DNA of 64,000 bases. It comes from a virus. Below are positions 1 through 9,897 of this stretch, one piece after another (within the stretch, counting starts at the first letter, position 1; each line of letters begins with the position of its first letter). Under the pieces are notes generated by a model. That model had not been told where the DNA came from. It saw only the letters and a list, made by a program, of their open reading frames with translations, and made no database searches. The stretch is taken from positions 1 through 64,000 of IMG/VR virus record IMGVR_UViG_3300034032_000013; one strand, given 5' to 3'. Made by a program: the position numbers and the translations under genes.

Positions 1-1
1 T

Positions 2-1624
2 GCTCTATTAGATAGAACAACTAAAACAAGTAAAGGTGAGTACTCAGATGACCAAAACAATCATACATTATTCAGAGATAACCATACTACCATTAAAGGT
101 ATGTATGATTCAGTGTTTGAAATAGCTGAACTTAATGGTCATACTTTTGGTTCAAATTTTACAGATGAGAATGGTAATATTCGTGAACTTCGTGTAAGAT
201 GGAAATCATTACGTCAAGTACTTAAAGTAAAGTACTATGATGAATATGGTGAGACTCAATATAGATTTGAATCTGAAGAGTACATCGTCGATAAGAATAT
301 GGGTGAAGAAGCTACTAAATTCTGGGTCAACGAAGGTTGGGAAGGAATTAAGTTGGGTACAGACATTTATCTTAAAATGCGTCCTCTACCAGTTCAATAT
401 ATTAAAGCAAATAATCCATCAAGAGGTCACCTTGGAATTATAGGTCAAATCTATAATACTAATCAAGGTCGTGCTGTATCTTTAGTAGATAGAGCTAAGA
501 ATTTCCAATATATGTATGATGCTATATTTGACAGACTAAATAAAGCTATTGCATCTAATTATGGTAAAATATTAGAACTTGATTTATCTAAAGTACCTGC
601 TAATTGGGAAATTGAAAAGTGGATGCACTTTGCAGTAGTCAATAAGATTGCTGTAATAGATTCATTTAAAGAAGGTAATCATGGTGCAGCTACAGGTAAA
701 CTTGCAGGTTCAATGAATACTCAAGGTGGTCGAGTTATGGATATGGAAACGGGTAGTTATATCCAACAACATATTCAATTACTTGAATTCATTAAAGTTG
801 AAATGGGTGAACTTTGTGGTGTATCACGACAAAGAGAAGGTCAAATTGAAAATAGAGAAACTGTTGGTGGTGTTGAACGTTCTGTTAATCAAAGTTCACA
901 CGTAACTGAATATTGGTTTATGCAACACGAGTCAGTTAAGATTCGTGTATTAGAAGCATTTCTTGAAACAGCTAAAATTGCATTACGTAGTGCTGAAAAT
1001 AAGAAAGTACAATATATACTTGATGACCAAACAATTGAGATACTTAATATGGAAGGAGAAGAATTCTCTGAAAATGATTATGGTATCTTAGTAAGTTCTA
1101 CTACTAAAGCAATGGAACTTGAACAAGCTATTAAAGGTTATGCTCAAGCATTTATTCAAAATGGTGGTTCTATGTCAACAATTATGGATATTTACTTTAG
1201 TCCTTCATTGATGGATATGCGTCGTAAGTTGGAAACTGCTGAAGAGCAATTACAACAACGTAATAGCGAACAAGCTCAAGAACAAAGTAAAGTTGCTCGT
1301 GAACAAATGGCTGCTCAAGCTCAATTGGAACAACAAAAACTTGAACTTGATGATTTGAAGAATCAACGAGATAATAATACCAAACGTTATATTGCAGAGA
1401 TAAATGAGAAAGGTGGAAATCTTAATCCAATTGATGCAGATAATGATGGTATAGCTGACCCACTTGATAATAGTAAATTCAGACTAGATGTTGAAAAAGC
1501 ACGTAAAGATTACGAAATAAAGATTAAGACACTTAATCAAGATATGCAGAAGCACGAAGATGCTATGGAAGCTAAGAAAGTTGACCAACAAATTAATCGA
1601 ATTAAGAAGAAGTCAACTACATAA
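2..1624 (+). CDS. portal protein, C-terminal part (5' end lies outside window)
   Basis: The frame is open from the window edge (pos 2) to TAA 1622-1624. The product has a Gln/Glu-rich C-terminal coiled coil (EEQLQQRNSEQAQEQSKVAREQMAAQAQLEQQKLELDDLKNQ) like podovirus portal barrels. The gene sits directly upstream of scaffold-like and capsid-like genes. There is no motif-level proof. Confidence 0.5.
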   Translation, partial: ALLDRTTKTSKGEYSDDQNNHTLFRDNHTTIKGMYDSVFEIAELNGHTFGSNFTDENGNIRELRVRWKSLRQVLKVKYYDEYGETQYRFESEEYIVDKNMGEEATKFWVNEGWEGIKLGTDIYLKMRPLPVQYIKANNPSRGHLGIIGQIYNTNQGRAVSLVDRAKNFQYMYDAIFDRLNKAIASNYGKILELDLSKVPANWEIEKWMHFAVVNKIAVIDSFKEGNHGAATGKLAGSMNTQGGRVMDMETGSYIQQHIQLLEFIKVEMGELCGVSRQREGQIENRETVGGVERSVNQSSHVTEYWFMQHESVKIRVLEAFLETAKIALRSAENKKVQYILDDQTIEILNMEGEEFSENDYGILVSSTTKAMELEQAIKGYAQAFIQNGGSMSTIMDIYFSPSLMDMRRKLETAEEQLQQRNSEQAQEQSKVAREQMAAQAQLEQQKLELDDLKNQRDNNTKRYIAEINEKGGNLNPIDADNDGIADPLDNSKFRLDVEKARKDYEIKIKTLNQDMQKHEDAMEAKKVDQQINRIKKKSTT

Positions 1625-1633
1625 AAAGCTATT

Positions 1634-1691
1634 AGAGAATTTTCCAAATGAGTAAATTTTATATATATTCATTTGGAAAAATTTTCTTTTT
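1634..1691 (+). terminator. hairpin terminator after portal gene
   Basis: Imperfect inverted repeat agagaattttccaaatga / tcatttggaaaaattttct followed by a T run, 10 nt after the stop codon. Confidence 0.55.
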
Positions 1692-1731
1692 ACACTATAT
1701 TTGTAATTCAATAACATAATAAAACATTTCT

Positions 1732-2829
1732 ATGGAAGAAGTAAATGATTTAGATATGGGATTGTTCGGTGATAATATGCAATTAAATATGCCTTTTTAT
1801 GAATCACCAGATGATACTATAGATAACGAAGATGATGAAACAGATGACGGTTCTCAAGTTAACCCGAATCTAGAACAAGATAATAACACTATCGAGGAGG
1901 ATAATCCAGAGGAAGTAGATGGTGAAGAAGATGATACAGATGAAGGTAATGACGAAGGTGGTGATAAATCTTCTTCCAACCTATATTCTTCTTTAGCCAC
2001 CGTTGTTTACGAACAAGGTCTATTACCTTCACTGGACATCGAAAAAATTAAAGATATTAAAGATGTTGATGGATTAGTTGAAGCTTTTAAAGTTGAAAAA
2101 GAACTTTTGGCTAAACAACAGTTGGATGAATATATTGCTAATCTTGATACTACTTCAGTAGTTCAAGCTAAAAAAGCTCTTACTGATTTAGAATCTATCA
2201 CTGAAGATACTTTAAAAGATAATTTAGAATTAGCTAAACAAATTATATACGAAGATTATATTAATCAAGGTGTAGGTGAAGCTAAAGCTACAAGGTATTT
2301 AAAACGTATTCTTGACTTAGGTGAAGATGCAATTCTTGAAGAAGCTGCTGATTCATTAGTAAGTGCTAAAGAATTTCAAACTCGGCAAATTGAAGAAGCT
2401 AAAATTAATAGTGTTAAAGAATTTGAAAATCAAAAAGCTGAACAAGCTAAGTTAGATGAACAGTTGAGAAAAACTGTATATGAATCTACTGATTTGATTA
2501 AAGGTTTCAAACCTACTAAAGCTCTACAAGACAAAGTTTACAAATCTATTAATGATATTGTAGGTAAATCACCTGAAGGTTACTTTGAAAACAAATTTAT
2601 GCGTGAGCGTAGAGAAAATCCATTAGAGTTTGAAACTCGTATGTATATGTTCTATGAACTTACAAATGGATTTAAAGATTATTCAAAAGTGCAATCTTCA
2701 GCTAAATCTAGTGCTGTTAAAGATTTAGAAAAGATAGCACAACAAACTAAAATAAAGGACAACGGTACCCCAATATGGATGCAAGATGACAATAGTTATG
2801 GCGGAGTAGGGCACGTGTTGAACATATAA
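1732..2829 (+). CDS. acidic scaffolding-like protein
   Basis: 365 aa. The first ~80 aa are extremely acidic (DDTIDNEDDETDDG...EEVDGEEDDTDEGNDEGGD) and the rest is K/E/A/Q-rich and helical-looking. It lies between the portal and capsid genes. Confidence 0.4.
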   Translation: MEEVNDLDMGLFGDNMQLNMPFYESPDDTIDNEDDETDDGSQVNPNLEQDNNTIEEDNPEEVDGEEDDTDEGNDEGGDKSSSNLYSSLATVVYEQGLLPSLDIEKIKDIKDVDGLVEAFKVEKELLAKQQLDEYIANLDTTSVVQAKKALTDLESITEDTLKDNLELAKQIIYEDYINQGVGEAKATRYLKRILDLGEDAILEEAADSLVSAKEFQTRQIEEAKINSVKEFENQKAEQAKLDEQLRKTVYESTDLIKGFKPTKALQDKVYKSINDIVGKSPEGYFENKFMRERRENPLEFETRMYMFYELTNGFKDYSKVQSSAKSSAVKDLEKIAQQTKIKDNGTPIWMQDDNSYGGVGHVLNI

Positions 2830-2852
2830 TAAATATAATTCAATAAACAAAA

Positions 2853-4361
2853 ATGACAAGTAAATTTCAAATGACGAAAGGAATGGCGTGGAGTGGATTG
2901 ACTCTGAAGAATCACATTGGTGCATTGTTCGGTTCTCAGCCTCAGCTTATTTCCCCTTTAACTACAGTTCTTCTTCAAAACTCAGGTATGAAGAACCTTG
3001 ACACAACTTTATCGTTGTTCCCTGAAAAAATTCTACCTACATCTGACGATTTCGTTTGGAAAGTAGTTGGAAGTGATGAAAGGAATATTCCTTTGGTTGA
3101 AGCACGTTATAATGGTGCTGTGGTAGATGCTAACACTGTAGGTGTAGGTGCTGCTCGTTCAACATTTGAATTAGTATTTGGTGAAAAATGGTTTACTAAA
3201 ATGCACTTGATTGCTGGTCACCGACCTGACGTATATCAAATGCGTATCCTAGAAGAGCCGTATGAAGATGGTCAAAACTACGTTTATACTTGTGAAGTAT
3301 GGGGTGGTCAAGAATCTTTAGCAGGTATTCCTGGTGATGAGTTACTTCCTACTATGCGATTCTCGATTGAAGGTGCTCCTGTTGAGGATGAACTTTCGAT
3401 TCAAGGTGCTGGTATTCAATTTACGTCTCCGTACTTAATGAGAAATTCAGTTACTTCTATCCGTATGGAGCATAAAGTTTCTGGTGCTATGATTGATTGT
3501 AAAGTTCAACCAGTTTATTTTACTGGAATTGAAACAAGAGACCCTAACACTGGTAAAGTTCATAGCTCTACAACTTGGATGCAAGAAGTATACTGGCAGT
3601 TTGAAAAAGCTCTTTCTCGTATTAAGTCACGTACAATTATGTTTGGTAAAACCAACCGTGATGAGAATGGACGTTACTTGAATAAAGGTAACTCTAACAT
3701 CGAAATTAAAGCTGGTTCAGGTATCCGTGAGCAAATGGAAGTATCTAACACAGTTACTTATAACCGTTTCTCTATTCGTCTATTGGAAGATATGCTTTCT
3801 GAGCTATCTGAAGGTAAACTAGATTGGAACGAAAGGAAATTTATGCTTCGTACAGGTGAGCGTGGTGCTGCCCAGTTCCACCGTGCTATTGCTGAAGTTG
3901 CTTCAGGATGGGGTGCTCTAGGATTTGATAATACTGGTGCTAACGCTATCAAGAATGTATCTTCTAAATTCCACAACAACGCTTTTTCTGCTGGATTCCA
4001 ATTCACAGAATATCGTGCTCCAGGTAACATCCACGTAATGTTGGAAGTTGACCCAATGTATGATGATAAAGTAAGAAATAAAGTTATGCACCCTGATGGT
4101 GGTGTAGCTGAGTCTTACCGATATGACATCCTTTATATTGGTTCTATGGAAGAGCCGAATATCCAAAAGGTAAAAGTAAAAGGTTCTGATGAACTTCGAG
4201 GTTACCAAGGTGGTATTCGTAATCCATTCACTGGACGTAGAGGTGGTGAGATGCAAACTATGGAAGATTCTGCAACAATGACTGCCCTTGTAGAAGGTAT
4301 CGGTGCATTTGTTAAAGACCCTTCAAGAACTGCAACTCTCAAACCAGCAATTATAGACTAA
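2853..4361 (+). CDS. probable major capsid protein
   Basis: 502 aa ORF following the scaffold-like gene and ending at a clean rho-independent terminator. Its size and position match the major capsid protein of crAss-like phages. No diagnostic motif is readable by eye. Confidence 0.5.
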   Translation: MTSKFQMTKGMAWSGLTLKNHIGALFGSQPQLISPLTTVLLQNSGMKNLDTTLSLFPEKILPTSDDFVWKVVGSDERNIPLVEARYNGAVVDANTVGVGAARSTFELVFGEKWFTKMHLIAGHRPDVYQMRILEEPYEDGQNYVYTCEVWGGQESLAGIPGDELLPTMRFSIEGAPVEDELSIQGAGIQFTSPYLMRNSVTSIRMEHKVSGAMIDCKVQPVYFTGIETRDPNTGKVHSSTTWMQEVYWQFEKALSRIKSRTIMFGKTNRDENGRYLNKGNSNIEIKAGSGIREQMEVSNTVTYNRFSIRLLEDMLSELSEGKLDWNERKFMLRTGERGAAQFHRAIAEVASGWGALGFDNTGANAIKNVSSKFHNNAFSAGFQFTEYRAPGNIHVMLEVDPMYDDKVRNKVMHPDGGVAESYRYDILYIGSMEEPNIQKVKVKGSDELRGYQGGIRNPFTGRRGGEMQTMEDSATMTALVEGIGAFVKDPSRTATLKPAIID

Positions 4362-4423
4362 TTAAAATATTGAGAAACCACCTATAATATATGTTTAGTG
4401 GGTATCAATAAAATAATGCAATC

Positions 4424-4450
4424 GGGCAGATAGTCTCTGCCCTTTTGTTT
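4424..4450 (+). terminator. rho-independent terminator
   Basis: gggcaga-tagtc-tctgccc stem-loop followed by ttttgttt. Confidence 0.7.
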
Positions 4451-4491
4451 ATTACTAACAATCTTTCGGAAGAAGATAAAAATAAAGAAGA

Positions 4492-5370
4492 ATGGAAAAT
4501 AATACAGGAAAACTAGCAGGAAGTTCTAATAGTAATTTCAAGCTACCAAATGAAATAGTTATAGTTAAATACATTCCACGAAGAAAAGGAATGGCTGCAA
4601 ACGTAGATGCTAATCACGTTATTGCAGGTGGAATGCTAACAAATTCAACTCGTAAATTCTCAGCACCATTGCAAAGAAATGGTTCTATTAAGAATGTACT
4701 TAGCGAAGAAGAAAAAGAACATCTAGAAAAACTTACTGGATTGAATCTTTCAGTATATGGTGATTTCTGGAGAGACTTCAGAGTTAGTCTACATAAAGAA
4801 GATGCACACAACCGATTTGATTTAAGTAATCCAATGGATTATATTTCAGTCAAACTGTTGGAGAGTCTTAAACATGATGTAGCTAAAAACTGGGCTGACC
4901 GTTTTAAAGACCAAAGTTATCAGTTTGCTATCGCTAGAGAGAATGAAGAAATGTTAGAATCTAAAGGTAAATATGATTCTAAAAAAGAAGCTTACAAATT
5001 GTATGGTAAAATTGAAGAAGACAAAGACCAACTTATTGGTGTACTTAAACTTCTTACCAATAAACCAATTTCAAAAGATTCTACACTAGATTGGATTCAA
5101 CATAAAGTAGAAGAGTTTATTGATACAATGCCTACACTATTTGTGAATGCAATGAAAGATAAAACTCTTTATACTAAACTATTACTTAACCAGGCTGTTG
5201 AAGCAGGTGTAGTTGTTCAGAAGAGCAACCGATATTCTACTATTGATGGGCTTGATTTGTGTAATGCAGGTGAAGTAGCTACTTTTGATAATGCAATTGC
5301 ATACCTAGATAATCCAAAAAATCAAGAAGTTAGGTCAATAATCGAAGCTAAAATTAATAAAGTTAAATAA
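4492..5370 (+). CDS. hypothetical virion-module protein
   Basis: 292 aa ORF in the late operon, 6 nt from the next gene. No recognisable motif. Confidence 0.7.
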   Translation: MENNTGKLAGSSNSNFKLPNEIVIVKYIPRRKGMAANVDANHVIAGGMLTNSTRKFSAPLQRNGSIKNVLSEEEKEHLEKLTGLNLSVYGDFWRDFRVSLHKEDAHNRFDLSNPMDYISVKLLESLKHDVAKNWADRFKDQSYQFAIARENEEMLESKGKYDSKKEAYKLYGKIEEDKDQLIGVLKLLTNKPISKDSTLDWIQHKVEEFIDTMPTLFVNAMKDKTLYTKLLLNQAVEAGVVVQKSNRYSTIDGLDLCNAGEVATFDNAIAYLDNPKNQEVRSIIEAKINKVK

Positions 5371-5376
5371 TAATAT

Positions 5377-6114
5377 ATGACAGTTCAGGAATTTAACAAC
5401 CTTTTTGATATACACTATAATAATATCGCAGGTCAATCAAATCCTGATTTAGATGTATTTGAGAAAAGTAATTATTTAACTACAGCACAATTAGAAATAA
5501 TTAAGAATTATTACGACCCACAGAGTAATAGAAAACAAAAGAGTTTTGAGAATACGGAGAAAAGACGTAGAGACTTAAATCAATTAGTACAGGATTATAA
5601 ATCATCTGTACAAGTTATAAGCTCTAAAGGAATCCATAATAACTCAAAGTTTTTTGTTATACCTAAAGATACACTATTTATCGTTAATGAAAAAGTAGTT
5701 GTAAGCTCTACAGATTGTGATAACGGTAAAGCTGTTTCAGTTAAACCTATAACACACGATGAATTCAATACTAATATAAATAATCCATTTAAAAATCCAG
5801 ACAATAATGTTGCTTGGAGATTGGATATAAGTAATATTAGTAATAACAAAGTTGTTGAAATAATATCTCCATATAAAAATTTAGAATACCAAATAAGATA
5901 TATTAAATATCCTAAGCCTATTATATTAGAAGATTTAGCAACAGCATACCCAAATGAAAACTTGTCTATTGATGGACAAACTATAGCATCAACCTCTGAA
6001 TTAAATGAATCTATACATAGAGAAATATTAGATAGAGCTGTTGAATTAGCATTACTGGATTATAAACCCCAAGATTTACAAGGGAAAGTTCAGTTAGATG
6101 TTAGAAATGAATAA
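5377..6114 (+). CDS. hypothetical virion-module protein
   Basis: 245 aa ORF, tightly spaced in the late operon. No recognisable motif. Confidence 0.7.
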   Translation: MTVQEFNNLFDIHYNNIAGQSNPDLDVFEKSNYLTTAQLEIIKNYYDPQSNRKQKSFENTEKRRRDLNQLVQDYKSSVQVISSKGIHNNSKFFVIPKDTLFIVNEKVVVSSTDCDNGKAVSVKPITHDEFNTNINNPFKNPDNNVAWRLDISNISNNKVVEIISPYKNLEYQIRYIKYPKPIILEDLATAYPNENLSIDGQTIASTSELNESIHREILDRAVELALLDYKPQDLQGKVQLDVRNE

Positions 6115-6149
6115 AAACAATTATTATTATAAATTAAAACTCAAAAATT

Positions 6150-7154
6150 ATGTTTGGACCAAATCAAGTTGGTGAATTGATGGTTGGTAATGCAGTAGCT
6201 ACTGAAACAACTGTAGCAACATTTATTGCATCAGCATCTGACAAAGAACTAAAAGTACTATCTAAAGATGGTGGTAACGTTGCAGCAGGGAAACCTTTCT
6301 TCGTACTTCAGAAATCTGATGGTATTCCAGGTGGTATTGAATTCTCTGATAAAGTAGACCCTCGATACATCGATAAAATTACCGTTAGACCATACGAACC
6401 AGAAGTTGCTGGTGTATATAAAGTTGACGGATTTGCAACAGCTGGTGTTGTTGCAGAAAAAAGAACTTACGAGATTGAAATTCGTTTACAAGAAGGTTTA
6501 TCTTCTGAGAATTTTGAAATTATTCAAGGTTACTATGTAACTGGTCAAGTAATAGGTTCTGATACAGCTACAACTGTACGTAATGGGCTTATCGCTTCAT
6601 TGAATAAAAACCTTGCTCGTAGAGGTGGTGGTGAATTTCTAGTTGAAGCTGATGGTACAGGTATTAAAGTTACTGAAATCCTTCAACCAAACTTCCCAGG
6701 ACGTGATTCAGGACGTAAACTATTGTTTACTGTAACTGGAAAAGTATTTGAAAATGTACCAACTAATGGTAATGGTTCAAATCTTAACTTCCTTACAAGT
6801 ACTCAACTTACTGCACCTTACCCAGGTAATGGTACTGGTAAATGGGCTACTAATTACGAATGGTTTGTAAAAGGTTATAAATATGATAGAGACCGTCAGA
6901 TGGGTGCTCCTGCTGATTTTGCAGGTGTTCCTTACTACGCTTCTAAAAGTGGTATGTATAATACTATTCATATTAAATATTTTGCTCCTCGTACTGAAAC
7001 TATAGTTGAACGTCAATATAAAGTGTTAACAATTATTGTTGAAAAATCAGCAAATACTTTGGCACAAAATGCTAATACCAATGCTATCCTAGCTGATATT
7101 AGAACTGCTGTTGGAACTCTAGCTGTTGTTCCTGCTAACTTAGCTGTAGCTTAA
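6150..7154 (+). CDS. abundant structural protein candidate (capsid auxiliary/decoration type)
   Basis: 334 aa, Gly/Val/Thr/Ala-rich and beta-looking, followed immediately by a strong terminator as expected for a highly expressed gene. The functional label is only positional. Confidence 0.3.
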   Translation: MFGPNQVGELMVGNAVATETTVATFIASASDKELKVLSKDGGNVAAGKPFFVLQKSDGIPGGIEFSDKVDPRYIDKITVRPYEPEVAGVYKVDGFATAGVVAEKRTYEIEIRLQEGLSSENFEIIQGYYVTGQVIGSDTATTVRNGLIASLNKNLARRGGGEFLVEADGTGIKVTEILQPNFPGRDSGRKLLFTVTGKVFENVPTNGNGSNLNFLTSTQLTAPYPGNGTGKWATNYEWFVKGYKYDRDRQMGAPADFAGVPYYASKSGMYNTIHIKYFAPRTETIVERQYKVLTIIVEKSANTLAQNANTNAILADIRTAVGTLAVVPANLAVA

Positions 7155-7185
7155 TTATTAAAATAGAATATAAACTAACCTAAAA

Positions 7186-7217
7186 GGGAGTTGAGTCACT
7201 ACTCGCTCCCTTTTTTT
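7186..7217 (+). terminator. rho-independent terminator
   Basis: gggag-tt-gagt cact actc-g-ctccc hairpin followed by ttttttt. Confidence 0.7.
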
Positions 7218-7229
7218 ATTTAAAAAAAT

Positions 7230-7814
7230 ATGAGTATAATAATAAATAATCTGGAAATCATTGAAGACGGGTCTAAGTTAGCCTTCAACCTTGAAACAGC
7301 AGAGGGATTTAATATAACTTCTTTATTGCTTTGGAAGATGGATGATTTTAAAGATTATTCTTTAGCTAAAAACTTAACTTATAAATTACAACAAATAAAT
7401 AACAAAGAAGTATTTATTATAACAGCTGCTGAAGTTGACTTATCTACATTTGAAGATGTTTACTTTATAGAAGTTGATAGTAATGAAGAAGATGATAATG
7501 GATGTAGTTCCTGTTTACAACCTACTTTAGGTATCACTTACAATCTATCTAAATATTATCAATGTTTACTAGGTTATTTCTTTGAAGCTAATGATGCTAA
7601 TAAACCTTGTAAAACCTGTCACGATGTTAATACTAAACCAGAAATTATATCTATCAATCTATTAATAGAAATGGTAGAAACCTCAATACAATTAGGATAT
7701 TATACACAAGCTATTAATATGATAAAGAAACTTAAAAAACTTTGTCATCTTAAAAAATGTAATAATTGTCCACCTATCAATTGCAGTTCTTGTAGTAAAT
7801 TTAAAATATATTAA
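7230..7814 (+). CDS. Cys-rich hypothetical protein
   Basis: 194 aa. Cysteine clusters: CSSC, CKTC, and a C-terminal C-x5-C-x2-C-x5-C-x2-C (CHLKKCNNCPPINCSSC). Confidence 0.65.
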   Translation: MSIIINNLEIIEDGSKLAFNLETAEGFNITSLLLWKMDDFKDYSLAKNLTYKLQQINNKEVFIITAAEVDLSTFEDVYFIEVDSNEEDDNGCSSCLQPTLGITYNLSKYYQCLLGYFFEANDANKPCKTCHDVNTKPEIISINLLIEMVETSIQLGYYTQAINMIKKLKKLCHLKKCNNCPPINCSSCSKFKIY

Positions 7815-7815
7815 T

Positions 7816-8460
7816 ATGTTAAATATAGAGGAAAAAGGACACGTGATGACAGTATATTCGTCATTAGAAAAATTATTTAAACAAGCTCAGTTAGAAGGTA
7901 AACTTTATCCTCAAGATGTTTATATATTAAATATATTATATAAATTACTTGGATGTAATTTTGAATTAAGTAAGTCACAATATAATTGTATATTTGAATT
8001 ATACAATAATATATTATTAAATTCACAATATGTTTGTCCTATTCTAACAGCTAGTAATTACCAAACAACCCCAATACAAACTTTTACTCAAGCTGAAGTA
8101 ACTGATAACAATGATTATCCAATTACATCTAAAATTATTTATTGGCAGGAAGATGACTATTCAACAAGTATTGAATCTATTCAAGCTTTAATAACAACAA
8201 ATGGATATTTAGAAGATAAATTATCAGATAGTTATCAATCATTTAATACAGGTAAATTAATATCTTATAAAAGTATAGGAAGAATATCTTTCTTACTTGT
8301 AGGTTCAGGTAATAATACTTATACTATAACAGATGAACTTGGTAATAATGTAACTGATGCTTTCGTAGAATCATATATACCATCGTTAAACTCAAAATTA
8401 TTTATATCAACTAATGTGTACAGTCACGGTGATATGAAATTTAAAATAAAACTAAACTAA
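7816..8460 (+). CDS. hypothetical virion-module protein
   Basis: 214 aa ORF, 1 nt after the preceding stop. Confidence 0.65.
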   Translation: MLNIEEKGHVMTVYSSLEKLFKQAQLEGKLYPQDVYILNILYKLLGCNFELSKSQYNCIFELYNNILLNSQYVCPILTASNYQTTPIQTFTQAEVTDNNDYPITSKIIYWQEDDYSTSIESIQALITTNGYLEDKLSDSYQSFNTGKLISYKSIGRISFLLVGSGNNTYTITDELGNNVTDAFVESYIPSLNSKLFISTNVYSHGDMKFKIKLN

Positions 8461-8461
8461 T

Positions 8462-9223
8462 ATGCCAACAGATTATAATAATTTACCGAAAGGTAATAGA
8501 GTTCAAACACAAATACCTTTAGATGTTAAAACATATGCTAAAAATGAAAGTGAACTAGCTTATTTAGGTTCTAATGATTCTTTAGCTTTTACATATATTC
8601 AAGGTCTAACTATATATTGTGCTGAAGAAGGTACACGATGGGAATGGCGAGAAGTAGAATCTGGTCAGGAAGATACAGGATTGGTACCATTGGATTTTAT
8701 ATATCCTAATCCTTGGATTGCATTTGAAATTGATTATTCAGGTAAAAGATTTAATTTCTTTCAAGTACAACTTAATGGAGAACCTGGACCTGTAGGACCA
8801 ACTGGAGCTACTGGAGTACAAGGTATTCCTGGAAAAGATGCTACATTTGCATTAGTAGATGGTGTTACTACTGAAGTAACAGGACTTGGTACTGAAGATA
8901 GCCCATTTGTAGTAGAGGTTATTAATCTGCAAAAAGTAGTGAATGTATTTCCATATTTCTTATCCAGTATAGATGATAATTATACATTATTTTTAGATAA
9001 CTCTGCTTCAAATGTTACTGTATATATTCCTGATAATTTAATTTCAGGATTCAGTGCTGCTTTTGTACAGAAAGGTACAGGTACTATTTCATTTGAAGAA
9101 ATGGGTGATACTATTTTAAGAGCTCCAATTGGTAAGAAAATTAAATCTCAATATCATCATTGTTTAATTGAAAAAGAAATTAATACTGATTCAGTATATT
9201 TAATTGGTAGTTTAAAAATATAA
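8462..9223 (+). CDS. collagen-like repeat fibre protein
   Basis: 253 aa with seven consecutive G-X-Y triplets (GEPGPVGPTGATGVQGIPGKD). Confidence 0.55.
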   Translation: MPTDYNNLPKGNRVQTQIPLDVKTYAKNESELAYLGSNDSLAFTYIQGLTIYCAEEGTRWEWREVESGQEDTGLVPLDFIYPNPWIAFEIDYSGKRFNFFQVQLNGEPGPVGPTGATGVQGIPGKDATFALVDGVTTEVTGLGTEDSPFVVEVINLQKVVNVFPYFLSSIDDNYTLFLDNSASNVTVYIPDNLISGFSAAFVQKGTGTISFEEMGDTILRAPIGKKIKSQYHHCLIEKEINTDSVYLIGSLKI

Positions 9224-9225
9224 AT

Positions 9226-9477
9226 ATGATATTAAAAAATAAAAATATATATCGTCTTTTTAATGATGAAAATGGTGATGCAATAGAACCCACTTGTACA
9301 AAATATATTGTTGAAGTATTAGTTCCCACTAATCTTGTGTTTCATTATACTGATTGTGAAGATATTGCTCAAGATATTACATTAGGTGAAGGAACTCATA
9401 TTATATGTGCTCACGAAGGACCTACTACAAGTGCCGCAAGCTCAAAATATACTATCGCTTTAGATGGTGAATGTTAA
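9226..9477 (+). CDS. hypothetical small protein
   Basis: 83 aa ORF, tightly packed between fibre genes. Confidence 0.55.
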   Translation: MILKNKNIYRLFNDENGDAIEPTCTKYIVEVLVPTNLVFHYTDCEDIAQDITLGEGTHIICAHEGPTTSAASSKYTIALDGEC

Positions 9478-9495
9478 TAATAAAATCTACAAAAA

Positions 9496-9897
9496 ATGAC
9501 GATAGAATGTAATGAAATACAACAAGTTGGAAATGAATTGCTAATAGCATTCCAAGATTGTAATAAAATAAAAAATAGTGATTTAAGAAAATTAGTAGAG
9601 TTAGTTCTTGCTGTAAGTACCTGTAATAATGGTGGTCCTGATTATAATACTTTAATAACTGAAGTATATGAACCAGTATCTGACCAAGTTATTACTTATG
9701 AACCTAATAGTTTCCATAGTGTTTCTATTATGGTATTAGCAGGTAATATTGAAGAAGAATCTAATTTAGGTACTGTTACATATCCAACAGGTACAGTTCT
9801 TAATACGGAATTTACAAATCTTAATCAAACAACTTTAACCTTCACTGTAGTTGCAGGAAGTCAAGTAGTTGTTAAATATTTAATAGAAACAGTATAA
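9496..9897 (+). CDS. hypothetical protein
   Basis: 133 aa ORF. Its stop overlaps the next start (TAATG). Confidence 0.6.
   Translation: MTIECNEIQQVGNELLIAFQDCNKIKNSDLRKLVELVLAVSTCNNGGPDYNTLITEVYEPVSDQVITYEPNSFHSVSIMVLAGNIEEESNLGTVTYPTGTVLNTEFTNLNQTTLTFTVVAGSQVVVKYLIETV

Noticed and set aside
3758-4256. Minus-strand ORFs 3758-4030 and 3918-4256 inside the capsid gene
   Set aside because: These are antisense shadow ORFs wholly inside a longer, better-supported + strand gene, and their translations are low-complexity. The same reasoning applies to 237-443, 2725-2925, 3493-3681, 4614-4811, 5595-5849, 6777-7016, 10533-10763, 12263-12460, 13218-13412 and 17733-17936.
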